Origin: Basidiobolus meristosporus CBS 931.73
Taxonomy: Eukaryota > Fungi > Basidiobolomycota
Direction: 5' to 3'
Length of the DNA: 41,634 nt
Assembly: GCA_002104905.1 (NCBI GenBank)
Contig: MCFE01000732.1
Span: 1-41,634, forward strand
Shown: positions 26,301 to 37,236 of the stretch, piece after piece
Position numbering within the stretch: the first letter of the stretch is position 1
How the letters are laid out: every line of letters starts with the position of its first letter
Notes under the pieces: model-generated
What the model was told of the DNA's origin: nothing
The model's database searches: none
The model's input: the letters and a program-made list of their open reading frames with translations, nothing else
Made by a program: the position numbers and the translations under genes

Positions 26301-27122
26301 ACTTGCATGTAGGGGCTGGCCACCGGTGGGTAGAGAAGCGTAATCATGCCAACTGGAGCCTTTGCCCATCATCGCCAGACTGGTAGTAAGCACTAAGCGT
26401 ATATTTAGGGTTGCTGCTGCAAGCGTAACTCTAACTTTCCTCATACCTGCTGAATGCAGGTATCGTGCAGATGTATCTTAATGAAGATCCTTACCGCCAA
26501 TAAGGTTGGTGGACTAAAAATAGTGGAGGGCAGTGAGGGTGAGCGCTATATTTGGCAGAAAAGTGATGAAGCGATTGATGTGGGTGAATTTTCCTTATGC
26601 ATCGACACCAGGCAACCTCCAATAACTTGGCATGACATCGGATGAAGGGGCTTTTGTTCAGCTTGCTCACTTGATGATCCAGTGGCAGGAGTCCGCAATC
26701 CGGCTCTGACCAACCGGATCTTGAGGCGGTGCAGTAGAGGTCACCTCGATTCCTTGCAAATTTTAGATCCGATAAGCTCTGGGGTTTACACGCCAATTGG
26801 GCACCGCTGAGACGCAACCCTCATCGTTCAGGCTAATCTAACCTCTGTTTTCTAGCCTCTGGGCAGTGCCCTCAGATGAATGGATGCATAGTTTTTCCGG
26901 CTCAGGACGTTTCAAACCCGATCGTTCATTTCAGATGGGTGAAGCTTGAGATCAGGATAACATGACTCTGAGCACAGCTGGTTATGGTATTTCCTAATAC
27001 GGGGGGTGCTTTATCTTTCAGTAATTGTGCAAGACGTGGTTTGTAATACGGATTTAACTTCTCGCTCTATAGTGGATTCGAAGCCAATCACGGTGGCCCA
27101 TATTTTCCCATACTGACAACCT

Positions 27123-27130
27123 TATAAATA
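27123..27130 (+). promoter_or_regulatory. Putative TATA box of the Gti1/Pac2 gene
   Basis: TATAAATA about 130 nt upstream of the ATG, followed by a pyrimidine-rich tract. Motif evidence only. Confidence 0.45.
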
Positions 27131-27254
27131 CCCTGGCCAGCTCTTGGCCTCTCTCATTAGTGTCTTCATTCTTTTACCAGCCTAACTGTGACAGCTGTGA
27201 TTCACTGTTGCACTGTACATTCTTTATCTTATTTATATTTTATATATTTATCCA

Positions 27255-28121
27255 ATGGAAACCTATTACGGATACATCGAGTCAGTCCACGATGCTCTTC
27301 TCATTTTTGAGGCCTGCCGACTTGGTTTGCTCCATCGCGTTCAACGCCGGTTGAGCGAGAAAGAAAGGCACCGAATCCGCTCTGGCTCGGTTTTTGTCTG
27401 GGAGGAGGAGGAGTCCGGAATGCGTCGCTGGACGGATGGTCGTACTTGGTCACCATCCAGAGTTCATGGTAGCTTCCTAACCTATCGTGAGCTGGATAAC
27501 AAACGCAAGCCCGGCAAGCCCTCCGACACCCCATCCCCCACTCTCTCTTGTAATGAACCAGATTTTGATAGTCGTTCACACCACTCTGAGGATTTCCATT
27601 ATAAGAACAACGGAATGATCAAACAATCCCTCTCTGTCACCACCATAAACAACCGCAAACTTCACCTTATTTGTTATTTCAACAAGGAGCATGTTTTCAC
27701 CGGAAATCTGAAGCTACCTTCGCAAGACCCTTCGTTGAGCGTGATCACTATTCCTAAAGGGATCTATCCGGACATGACCAATGACTTCTATCCTCCTTCT
27801 CATGGGGACCAACGTGTAAAGTATCGTGAGGATTATGCCAAACCCAATCCATATCACAAGCATGGGCGTGCACCAGAGTACGTGCAAAACCATATCTCAG
27901 CCATCACGAACTACGAGCGCTACCGCCTCCCAAGCCCAGCTAACTCAGAAACCTCTTACCGTGAAATTGACTTGGCACCTCTCCGAGGCTCCAGTAACTA
28001 CTCGCCCACGTTGAACCTACCCCCACCTTCATTGCCATATCAAGATGTTCGCCTGGAGCGCCTTCCATTTAGCGAAGACCGCCGACAATTGGCAGTACTT
28101 ACCACCGTGTTTTCTCTGTGA
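27255..28121 (+). CDS. Gti1/Pac2 (WOPR) family transcriptional regulator
   Basis: METYYGYIESVHDALLIFEACRLG...RIRSGSVFVWEEEESGMRRWTDGRTWSPSRVHGSFLTYREL and the second WOPR block NGMIKQSLSV...LHLICYF. Confidence 0.95.
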   Translation: METYYGYIESVHDALLIFEACRLGLLHRVQRRLSEKERHRIRSGSVFVWEEEESGMRRWTDGRTWSPSRVHGSFLTYRELDNKRKPGKPSDTPSPTLSCNEPDFDSRSHHSEDFHYKNNGMIKQSLSVTTINNRKLHLICYFNKEHVFTGNLKLPSQDPSLSVITIPKGIYPDMTNDFYPPSHGDQRVKYREDYAKPNPYHKHGRAPEYVQNHISAITNYERYRLPSPANSETSYREIDLAPLRGSSNYSPTLNLPPPSLPYQDVRLERLPFSEDRRQLAVLTTVFSL

Positions 28122-30888
28122 TGTACATTCGTTGAATTTTAATCACAACGCGTTCAGACTCCAGAACGACTGGAGATACCCTTGTAATCCTTGATGTAGA
28201 GAGAGCTTACTAGCATCCAGCTTGGACTCCGTTGAGATCGCCGGAGTGTTCGCTTTCCCCTCCGCAATAGTCACTTGTTATTACAATTGGACATACCTTC
28301 AGTGCCAAGCACTGCATCAAAGCTTAGCAAGACTCGTGTATTTTTTGTAAATAAATTTCTCGTAATTTTCACCAGATGGAGCACAATATCCACCCCCATG
28401 AAGTTACAACTGGAAGTCATTTCTTGGCATTGAAAATAAGGGAATAATTAGTATTCTGTGGCCAGTCAATCAGTGAGCGGAGTTGGGCCATCAAGTAACA
28501 GCGTCCATGATGCGATTGTCCAAAATTGTATTAATCAAGCCTACATTTATCGGCCACAGGCGCTCTGTAAGACATCTGCTTGAGACAGTATTTGCACCAA
28601 GCGTTCACCATACATCTTTGCACAATAAACCATAAGAAATCCCGTTTCAGGCCTTCACCATCAAGAGCAGACCTGATGTGGATGCATAAATCCTGCTGCA
28701 AGTGTAGCTCCAAACTACATATCTCCATGAGCCATAGTTATCCCGAATAGCCGGGGAGAGTAATTCCACCCTATGGGGGTTCGTCTTGTCCTTTCCTGTT
28801 GTTGGAAAGCAAGCATCCAATGGCTGATGAATACCGTAGCCCCTGCCAATTTCGGTTGATTAAACCTTATTTTTCCTCGTCTGGATTAGTAAGGAAGCAA
28901 GGAAAAAACAATTCCACTTCTGAGTTTAGATCGGTCAATTGGAATTCCGGACGTTGCGTCGTCACCTGATGATTAGATACGTGAAGTGTATATGAAAAGG
29001 AACTTTTGGGTGACACCGGTGTATCTGTATTATCTTTGTTGAACATGCAGTTCATCATTGTGCTCCCATTGAGCATGCCAATACCTTATTTCAGAGAGCA
29101 TACTAATACGACAATCTAGTCATGATGTGTATGTTACACCAGCTTCTTTTATCTTCATTAGCTTTGGTAGGATCCTAAGCGGGAAACATGTACCGCTGCC
29201 AAACCTGTATGTGCCCGCCGTCAGCCTGAATTGGGTGGGTGAACGAGGTATACTATAATAGGGCCAAGGGTGAAAACTGCGATGGCTATCTAAAAGAGGG
29301 AAAATGTACATGGATTCTCCCGTCACACAACTCTATTTTTTTCATTGAATTTCATAGTGTTGAAGGAAAGCCATCAATACATCTGCTCAAGGTTTGGTGA
29401 CGACGTGTCTTTGAACGTACAGGTGTTGAAACAGCACCGTTCTAGAGCTTGCGCTGTTCGTAGATTACAAACCTGCAGGAAAAAACTCGCTATTTTTCCG
29501 TGGCAGAAAGACGTCAACCCATTCTTAGGGGTGTCGGCTCAGGCAGTTTTTCCGCAAAATGCCGCCTACGCCAGCCGAGCCGATCATGATTGAAGAATTC
29601 TCCTTGAAACGCAAATAGACTCGTACACACGTGTTCCCCATCTCTCCATCTAAACACAGATGCGTTTTCCTAATGCAAGGCTTTGCAAGTGTGCACGCAT
29701 CTAACTCTGCCACGGGGTATACTCGCAACCGCCATTTGATATTTAGCTAGTTGCCTAAATAGATTGGCATGGCCTTGTAGCACCCCCTCATTGTAACTCG
29801 AATGAGGTGGCAGCTGATGAAAGAGTGACGAATATGTGAATTCTGTGAAATCGAATGGGGTCACAGTACACCATGATTATGATTAAGAGTAGAGCTGCAA
29901 GGTATTTATCGCGTGTAATGGGCTTACCTCGATTTTTCTGTGCTACTTCCTAACTAAATATTAGCAATCCCCTTTTGAAGAAATCCACTTGACGCTGTCA
30001 ATAAATCCATACACAATGCCTCAAACGGGAATCCCTTTTACAGAACACTATGAAACAGCCCAATGCTCACCCAAAAAGTTTTAGAGTTGAAATCCGACAT
30101 CTCGTGGGATATCGATCTTTGCTTTGTCCACGTCCGGTAGCAGGTGGTATTTAACCGAGGTATATGCAATGGGTACTGCCTCGGGAGTCTTATGAAGTGT
30201 ATGGCGGTAATCATCGCGATGATGGCCCCATTAAGTAAATAGATCTGATCCGTCTATTCCCTACCAGATGGTGATCGTGAACTGCAAATCCAATGAGCAA
30301 GAGTGAAGTACCCATTGCAATAGCGAGTAGAGTGAATTTTGCACATCAAGGGAAACTCAAGGGGGGGGGGATTGCTCCTGCTGAGACTATGGTTCGTCTA
30401 TCATAGAGTTTTGTCATCATAAAATGATGGTGGCACCAACGCTAACTAATTGCAACAGAGATCTAGCATGCACTGATCTGTGCAATCACTATCAACATTC
30501 TAAAGTTCGCCAATTTCAGCGGATTGCTTGGGCATGCTAACTGGCTTGGTTTCATCAGATGCGATGCTAACAAAGGAATAACTGAAGATGCCTGGCCTAC
30601 ACCTTCTCCATGGATGAAGGCTCGTGGCGGAGTAGCAGGGTATATAAGCAGTGAAAAATCCTACCTTATTCAGGTTTGCCTACTTGTAATCCATTTCGAG
30701 GTGGACATCCCCATTACAGTAACATATCTTGTCATAACCTTTTAGTTGCCACCAGGAGGTGAGCACACCTGGAAGTCCCCTAGCTAACTACCTCTAAAAG
30801 TAACTCTAACCTAACGTAGTCTTTAAAATAACCCGAACCATATCGTGCTACGAAGTCCATATCCTCCGTATACTTTAACCGTAGAAAA

Positions 30889-32768
30889 ATGGATCTCTCT
30901 TTCACAATCATCATCTTGTGTATTTTACAACTCGGCGTGGACTCAAGGAGATCTCCAGGCCTGTATACGCTCGTATCCGGGAGTAGGCAAGATCCCCGGG
31001 GACTGCATGGTAACATTGAACCCTTGACGTTTCCCGAATAGTGCTTTGTCCTGAACAAAATTCAGATATATCTAGGATAATCTCGGGGCCTAAAAGCCAT
31101 GTACCAATTCTTCCCATCAACCACGGGCCCAAAATCTCGGCTAGCCAAAAGGTGGGTATAATTCATGATGATCAAGAGTGGGGGGCAGGCGCTCAAAACA
31201 AATATCGTGGGCGATCCACCACACGAAAAAGCAAGAAGAGAAACCAGAAGCACCAAACAGCCAAAAATCGCCCAAAGCGACACAGCAAGAGTAGGAAATC
31301 TCGAACAAGGCCAGAGCCGAAGACCTCAAGATCTGCACCGACTACCAAACCCGTATCGAGGCCTACGGTATCAGGCGAATCGCCGCTGACCACGGAAATA
31401 ACAACAGATGGTTATGGTTCTGGCAGCTTCACTCGCTACAAGAATTATCTAAATCAATCCATCCTCTTTTTCGAAGCCCAACGCTCCGGCAGACTTCCTG
31501 CCAACCAACGCGTCAAGTGGCGCAAAAGCGCTCATGTCGAGGATGGAAAAAAGTACAACTGGGACCTGAGCGGTGGATACTACGATGCTGGTGATTTTAT
31601 CAAGTTCGGATTACCTGGTGCCTATGCAATGACAATGCTCTCGTGGTCACTACTGGAGTACCCGCTTGGATTTCAGAGAACTGGCCAGCTGGAGCATATG
31701 CTTCAGGCGATAAAATGGGGGTTGGACTTCATCCTCAAATGTCATGTAGAGCGTCAGAAGTTTGTTGTCCAAGTAGGGGATCCAAAGAGCGACCATGACT
31801 ATTGGGGGTCTCCCGAAGATATGCCTAAAGTCATTAACCGACCGATTTATTTCGTGACCCCCGAACTGCCGGGCACTGAGCCGGTGCTTGAAGCAGCTTC
31901 TGCACTAGCTAGTGGGTCAATTGTGTTTCAAAGATATGGTCATATGGAGTATGCCAACAACCTACTAAAACATGCTAGGGAACTATTCGAGCTGGGCAAC
32001 AATCACCGCGGAAAATATCAGGGAAGCGTTGATAAGCAAAAGAAGGGGTCAATGCTAGGTGTCAACGAAGGCTATCTTAGCTCCAGCTATGACGATGAGT
32101 TAGTCTGGAGTAATTTGTGGATGTACAAAGCCACAAATGATACCAGGTATCTTGGCCGTGCTAAAGCAAGTTACAAGAAGTTTTCCCTGGAGCGTAGGAT
32201 CATTGGAACCTTCCACAGCTGGGATGATAAATCTGTTGGATCTGTACTACTGCTATCATTGCTCACCGGGGATAAATCTTACATGAATGCCCTAGATAAG
32301 TACTTCGCCAGAGTTGGGCGTAAAAAAACTCCTGGGGGTCTGCTGTGGCTTCCTGAGAGTAGTTCGGGGTCGGCCAACGTGGCAATGAGTACTTCATTGA
32401 TGGCACTTATATATGCCGACAATCACAAGCGTAAGAACGCTCAGTCGCTGATTGCGATGTCCAATTCGCAGGTAGAGTACATCCTGGGTAAGAATCCCTT
32501 ACATAGAAGCTACATAATAGGTAGTGGAAAAAACTATCCTCTGCATGCACATCACGCTGCTTCGCACGGCGCTCCTGGTGGTCTAGGGTGGAAACTATAC
32601 TCCAGTAGAAGACCCAACAAATATACTCTGGAAGGAGGCTTGGTAGGTGGCCCAAAGAAAGACGATTCACACCGTGATGAGAGACAGAGACATGTGGAGA
32701 ATGAACCAGCCCTAGACTTCAATGCAGTGTTAGTTGGCGTGTTTGCACGAATGGCTACACACCATTAG
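30889..32768 (+). CDS. Secreted glycoside hydrolase family 9 (endoglucanase-like); first intron inferred at 30983-31041
   Basis: GH9 motifs FFEAQRSGRLP, DLSGGYYDAGDFIKFG, YDDELVWSNLW, QVEYILGKNP, HAHH and NEPALDFNA. The upstream exon MDLSFTIIILCILQLGVDS looks like a signal peptide and splices in frame via GTAGGC...TAG (59 nt). Confidence 0.92.
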
Positions 32769-35080
32769 TAGCATCTGCCATTCGTCACATTTCTTGTTGC
32801 CACGTTGATCTTATGGAGTGGGGTCGCCACTTGGAGTCATAATAAATAAACTTGTTTAATCATCGCCTGTGACCCCTCCAAGAATGCAACCAGTACGATA
32901 GTCTCATGCATACACACGAAAATATTCAGAAGGACTTGTCACATAATATCTGAAAGTTTTCTGGTTCACAAGTAGCTAGGAAGCACTTTTATGGATAACT
33001 ATATATAGTGTTGGTGCTAGGTGGATTATGTTGATTTTAGGGTAAGTGTGAGGGGCATTATTACTGTTGTGTTGATCGTGCCAGAGTGTATAGCATACCT
33101 ATGAAAAATCTCAAACTTCTGATTTTCAGTTGGTCTTTTGCTGGTGTTTTTCCTTCAAATTTTAAGTCGCAATTTTTGGTGGAAGTAGTGAGCAGCTGAT
33201 TTTCAGATTTGGTATGAATGTTAGTTGGCCTAGTCTCCTCCTGGAAGATACGTATACCTGTCTGCCCAACAGCTAGAACCTGAGATATTGCAGGTTGTCA
33301 GTTTTGAGAAACCTGGAGTCCAGCTGATATTATGACGGTATTTTGCTGACCTTTTCTCAATTTTTTGCCAAGGGCGTGAGCCAATGGTACCCTTAGTTTA
33401 GGCGTGGTACCCTCATGTACAAATCTTTCCAGCCAATATATCTAGCAAAGTTTGGTGTATTTCATCATTTGTTTTGCTCCGTGAGAGTTGGCGGAGGCCA
33501 TCATTAGGGTGGCTATGGGACAAAGGTTGAAGCAACAAATGCTGCAATCAATTAGTTTGCAGCCTAAATTATTCCTAGATCTGAGGCTTCTACTTGACTT
33601 GCTAATCTATAAATGCTGACATGATTTAGTTTGTAAAATAATGATTAATTGCTTGAGTTAGCAAAGTCCTAAAAGATATCAAATTTTCAAACGCATCTAA
33701 ACAATCCTAAAACCTGTGCACCATCTGCCAGGATCATTCCCAGAACAATTTTGCCATTAGTTTTGCAAAATTCTACTAACTGTGCTTACATCCTACGATC
33801 TCAATAGAAGCATCAGCTGTATGCTACGCAAATCTTGTGGTTTTCGAAATCACTTGTAATACTCCCCAATATCTTGGGCAATAAGTGAAGTCTGCCATTT
33901 TTGGTATTTATCCCATGAAAAGCTTCCAACCTGGATTGCATAAATATCTTTCTGGTTTTCCTACAGTATTCCAACGGTGTTCTGCTGATCTTTTATATTC
34001 AGCTTTTTAAATATTTATGACTCTGGAATTAGTAAGCTAGCTGCTATCAAATTTGGTGTGACGGTTGCTCTGGCTCAAGTCCATGGGGGGGGAATATGTC
34101 TACTTTCCTTCAAGATTGAGCCTTCAAGGAAACTGTGATTTCTGCAGGTATTCTGCAGGTCCTTGTTGCTTTTTATAGGGTTAGTGGAGGTCAGTGTGGT
34201 ATGCGTACTTGTATTGAGAGTTACCAAGTACAGATCCAAGTAATAGTGCTTAACATAATGTGCACCTAGGAATCTGCTTTTGGGGGGGGGTCAAATTGGA
34301 GCAGTTGCAAATTCTGAATATTCGCAAAGTTGGCTGAGGCTAGAACATCTCAATAAATTAGCCATTTGAGGCTGTTTTCCAACAGTACCATACATAATTG
34401 ATATTCACCCCTGTAGTCACTAGTTAATCTCAGACTGAGCTTGTCATAGTCAGTTAGACTCGCTATTTCAAGTATATTTACTCTTCTAGTTGGATGTCAT
34501 CGGCGTTATACTGACCACTAATGCAATAAAGCACAGGAGTAAGGTCACATATATCCGATGTGTAATCTCGCCTGTGTACTAATTTCTCAATGTGTTTATG
34601 AACAGGTTTAGTCTCGAGCGAGTATACGGTCGATATGCCTCGACTAGCACATCCCTTGAGATATTGATCATAGACAGTATGGCTGGACTGTACCCAAAGT
34701 GGCTAACAGTATTAGATTTGTTCTGGATTCGCTCTCATTGGCCTGCTATACTGCAGTCGATTAGTAAATCGCGTTCTGACAATGTGCTCGTCCGTATTTG
34801 GGAGATTTCACTCGAGTACCGGGATCTACGCTTGAGAGTATATCAATCGAATGTATTCAATAATACGCTACAAATGGTGCTTGTTTGTTGGTTGCCTGAC
34901 GCATGTAATGTAGTGGCCATTAATCCCTCAATTAGCTATTTGTGTGAGTTTTGTCGTAGTAGTAAGTAGCCTGTTAAAGCTATCCTCATTGACTAATTAA
35001 GGCAGTAAAGGTTGCGCAACGGACGCGGTACTAGACAAAAAACAACCTCGGGAACCAACCCTCCCATTCGCTACGCGAAA

Positions 35081-35088
35081 TATAAAAG
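35081..35088 (+). promoter_or_regulatory. Putative TATA box of the LPMO gene
   Basis: TATAAAAG 60 nt upstream of ATG 35141. Motif evidence only. Confidence 0.45.
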
Positions 35089-35140
35089 TGCCTCTACACG
35101 AAGACGTTAACAATCATCGGTTTCATTAACCCTAGTCAAC

Positions 35141-36049
35141 ATGAGAGTGCCATTCTACCTCGTAGCTGCTTTATCTCTGTGCTTCCTGAACTCCGTGGCT
35201 GGCCACATGGAGATTCAATCACCCGCGCCTCGTAGATCAACCTTTAGCAAGTACTATAGGTCAAAAGGAAATATTGATTACGATATGAACGGTCCATTGG
35301 GTGTATTTCCTTGCAAAGGCTACAAGCCAGGGCCGGTTGAGTACACATACAAGGCTGGTGACTCTGTGAAAGTTCAATTTGCCCCGGGAAATACGCACCG
35401 AGGGGGACATTGTCAATTTGCACTCTCGTATGACAACGATAAAACATTCGTCGTTTTGAAAACGATTGTCCGTAACTGCTTCAAAAGTGGCCTTACATTC
35501 GACGTTCCAATTCCGGCCACTGCACCTCCCAGCGAGCGAGCTACTTTAGCCTGGACCTGGGTTAATGCGGAAGGTAATCGAGAGTACTACATGAATTGCA
35601 TTGATATCACTATAAACGGCGGAATCCCTGGTGGCAAGATTACCGGACCAAAACTTATGATTGCGAATCTTCCGGGGTACCCTACCATCCCAGAGATGGA
35701 TATTGGTGAAGGTGATGGTCGCGAGTTACTGGATAAACGTCCAATCATCACCATTGAGGGTGCCGCTGGTGGTTCCAACACCAATCTGCCTGTTCATATT
35801 AAGCCATCAGCTACTGGCAAGTCGACTGCAACTATGAATAAACCAACCCACACGCTCCCGATCAAGCCCACCATCACAAGTAATCCGGCAAGAGGCGCAT
35901 GCACTGGAATTCCAGCATGGAATTCCCAAACTGCGTATCATGGCACTCAGAAAGTGACATTAAAGAAGCATTTGTGGCAAGCCAAATGGTGGACACAGCA
36001 CGAAACTCCGGGTGAACAGGGAGTCTGGATAAGCTTGGGTGCGTGCTAA
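35141..36049 (+). CDS. Secreted AA11-like lytic polysaccharide monooxygenase with a Thr/Pro linker and a C-terminal CBM5/12 (ChtBD3) chitin-binding domain
   Basis: The signal peptide ends at SVAG, exposing His1 (HMEIQSP). It has HRGGHCQF and AWTWVNAEGNREYYMNC motifs. The C-terminus AWNSQTAY...KVTLKKHLWQAKWWTQHETPG...W is CBM5/12-like. Confidence 0.85.
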   Translation: MRVPFYLVAALSLCFLNSVAGHMEIQSPAPRRSTFSKYYRSKGNIDYDMNGPLGVFPCKGYKPGPVEYTYKAGDSVKVQFAPGNTHRGGHCQFALSYDNDKTFVVLKTIVRNCFKSGLTFDVPIPATAPPSERATLAWTWVNAEGNREYYMNCIDITINGGIPGGKITGPKLMIANLPGYPTIPEMDIGEGDGRELLDKRPIITIEGAAGGSNTNLPVHIKPSATGKSTATMNKPTHTLPIKPTITSNPARGACTGIPAWNSQTAYHGTQKVTLKKHLWQAKWWTQHETPGEQGVWISLGAC

Positions 36050-36477
36050 TATGCTGTGAATTGTGCAATAGACAAATATTTGAATAAACCAATGATTTTG
36101 ACTATTGAAAAGGGGCCTAACTCTACCAAGGAGTGGAGATGACTTGTACTGTCATTAAACGGTAATAAACTTGTTCCGTAGGATAGTGCCACACTGAGCC
36201 ATGAGTGCCAAATGATGCCATAGTGTTCCAGGGAGGCCAAGTGGACCAGTACATGGCCACAGAGTGTGAAGCAAAGTTCTTCATCTTCATGCAAAGCAGC
36301 CCCTATGTTTCACCTGTTGTGCTGGAGAAAATTCATTTTTGACCTTTTTTTTGGGTCAATGTTGTGCAGGATGTGTAAGAGGACAGAAGGACTGAAGAAA
36401 TGCATCTGGTACTCAATACCCATGGCACTCTGAATCTAGCTCCTGTAGCTTGTAACATTTCACAAAAATGCATAGCA

Positions 36478-36575
36478 CTATCTTGGTCCACTGGTACTAT
36501 CTGGCACTATATCTAAATATTAGCCCTAAAGTAAAACCTATACAAAACACCTACAGTGCCAGTGGACCAAGATAG
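36478..36575. repeat. Perfect 17-bp inverted repeat (CTATCTTGGTCCACTGG at 36478-36494; CCAGTGGACCAAGATAG at 36559-36575), MITE- or foldback-like
   Basis: Direct reading. The match extends inward with mismatches. Confidence 0.8.
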
Positions 36576-37163
36576 GGGAGGGAAAGTCACCAAGTTGGTG
36601 AAATCTTTATCTGAGTCAAGAACTAATCTAAGTACAAATAAAGAAGCCAATCAAGAAGTATAGAACTTCTCTAATAAGTAATCTAATTTATGTTTTGTTT
36701 CATCTCTAATGTTTGTTTCAATAAAGTAAAGCTCATCAGGGGTAAATATAAAATTCAATGGTTTTGGGGGAAGTACAAATTGTAGATGTTTCTGATCAAT
36801 ATAATCCAAGACTGGAACCCAGCCTGGGATTAGGTGTAGTAGGAAAGGTGTGTGGACTTGTAAGTAGCTCTGCCACATAGATCTTAGATGGTCCTGAGCC
36901 AGTAGTCTTGGTTTCTCAGCTTTTTGAAGTTTTGAAGCAAGCTCTGTTACTACAGCAGAGCCAACCAGGGTGTGCCAGCAAGAAGATTTCAGGGAGGAGT
37001 TAGATTGAAGCCATTGTTTGATGGAGGGGTTATGTGATTTCTGAAGTTTGACTAGGAAGGAAGCACGGAGATAGACCATTTGGATTTGGTATGGGTAGAA
37101 CCCAAAGGCCCTGTTAGTTGCATGGATATAGGGAGATACTGGAAGATAAGGTACCAAGGATCT
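36576..37163 (-). mobile_element. 5'-truncated divergent sister copy of the telomeric LINE (ORF2 C-terminus plus 3' UTR)
   Basis: ORF 36651-37157 aligns colinearly with the last ~165 aa of distal ORF2 (VPYLPVSPYIHATNRAFGFYPY vs VPHLPECPYRHAILGAFGFMPY; SCW; EKP; WQSYLQVHTPF vs WQQYLQQHTPF), about 35-40% identity by eye. It shares the 3' UTR blocks GGCTTCTTT and ATAAAGATTTCACC-loop-GGTGACT. Confidence 0.9.
36585..36610 (-). other. Conserved 3'-terminal hairpin of the proximal copy (ATAAAGATTTCACC-AACTT-GGTGACT)
   Basis: Matches the distal-copy block at 37187-37211 with the same stem and a different loop. Confidence 0.75.
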
Positions 37164-37184
37164 GGGTTAGGGTTAGGGGGGGGG
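37164..37184 (+). repeat. Interstitial telomeric remnant GGG-TTAGGG-TTA-G9 between the two retroelements
   Basis: Direct reading. It has the same polarity as the terminal telomere and lies exactly at the element-element junction. Confidence 0.9.
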
Positions 37185-37186
37185 AC

Positions 37187-37211
37187 AGTCACCAACAGGT
37201 GAAATCTTTAT
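37187..37211 (-). other. Conserved 3'-terminal hairpin of the distal copy (ATAAAGATTTCACC-TGTT-GGTGACT)
   Basis: TCACC/GGTGA stem, shared with the proximal copy. Confidence 0.75.
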
Positions 37212-37236
37212 TTCAGTTGAAACAAAGAAGCCAGCG

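Noticed and set aside
23500-26900. Numerous 60-110 aa ORFs in the long spacer
   Set aside because: No recognisable motifs, they overlap on both strands, and most have non-ATG starts; consistent with random ORFs.
28500-30800. Short ORFs and a G10 run (30361-30370) considered as a possible old retroelement 3' end
   Set aside because: The G-run is not followed by the conserved GTCACC...GGTGAAATCTTTAT hairpin block, and there is no ORF2 homology.
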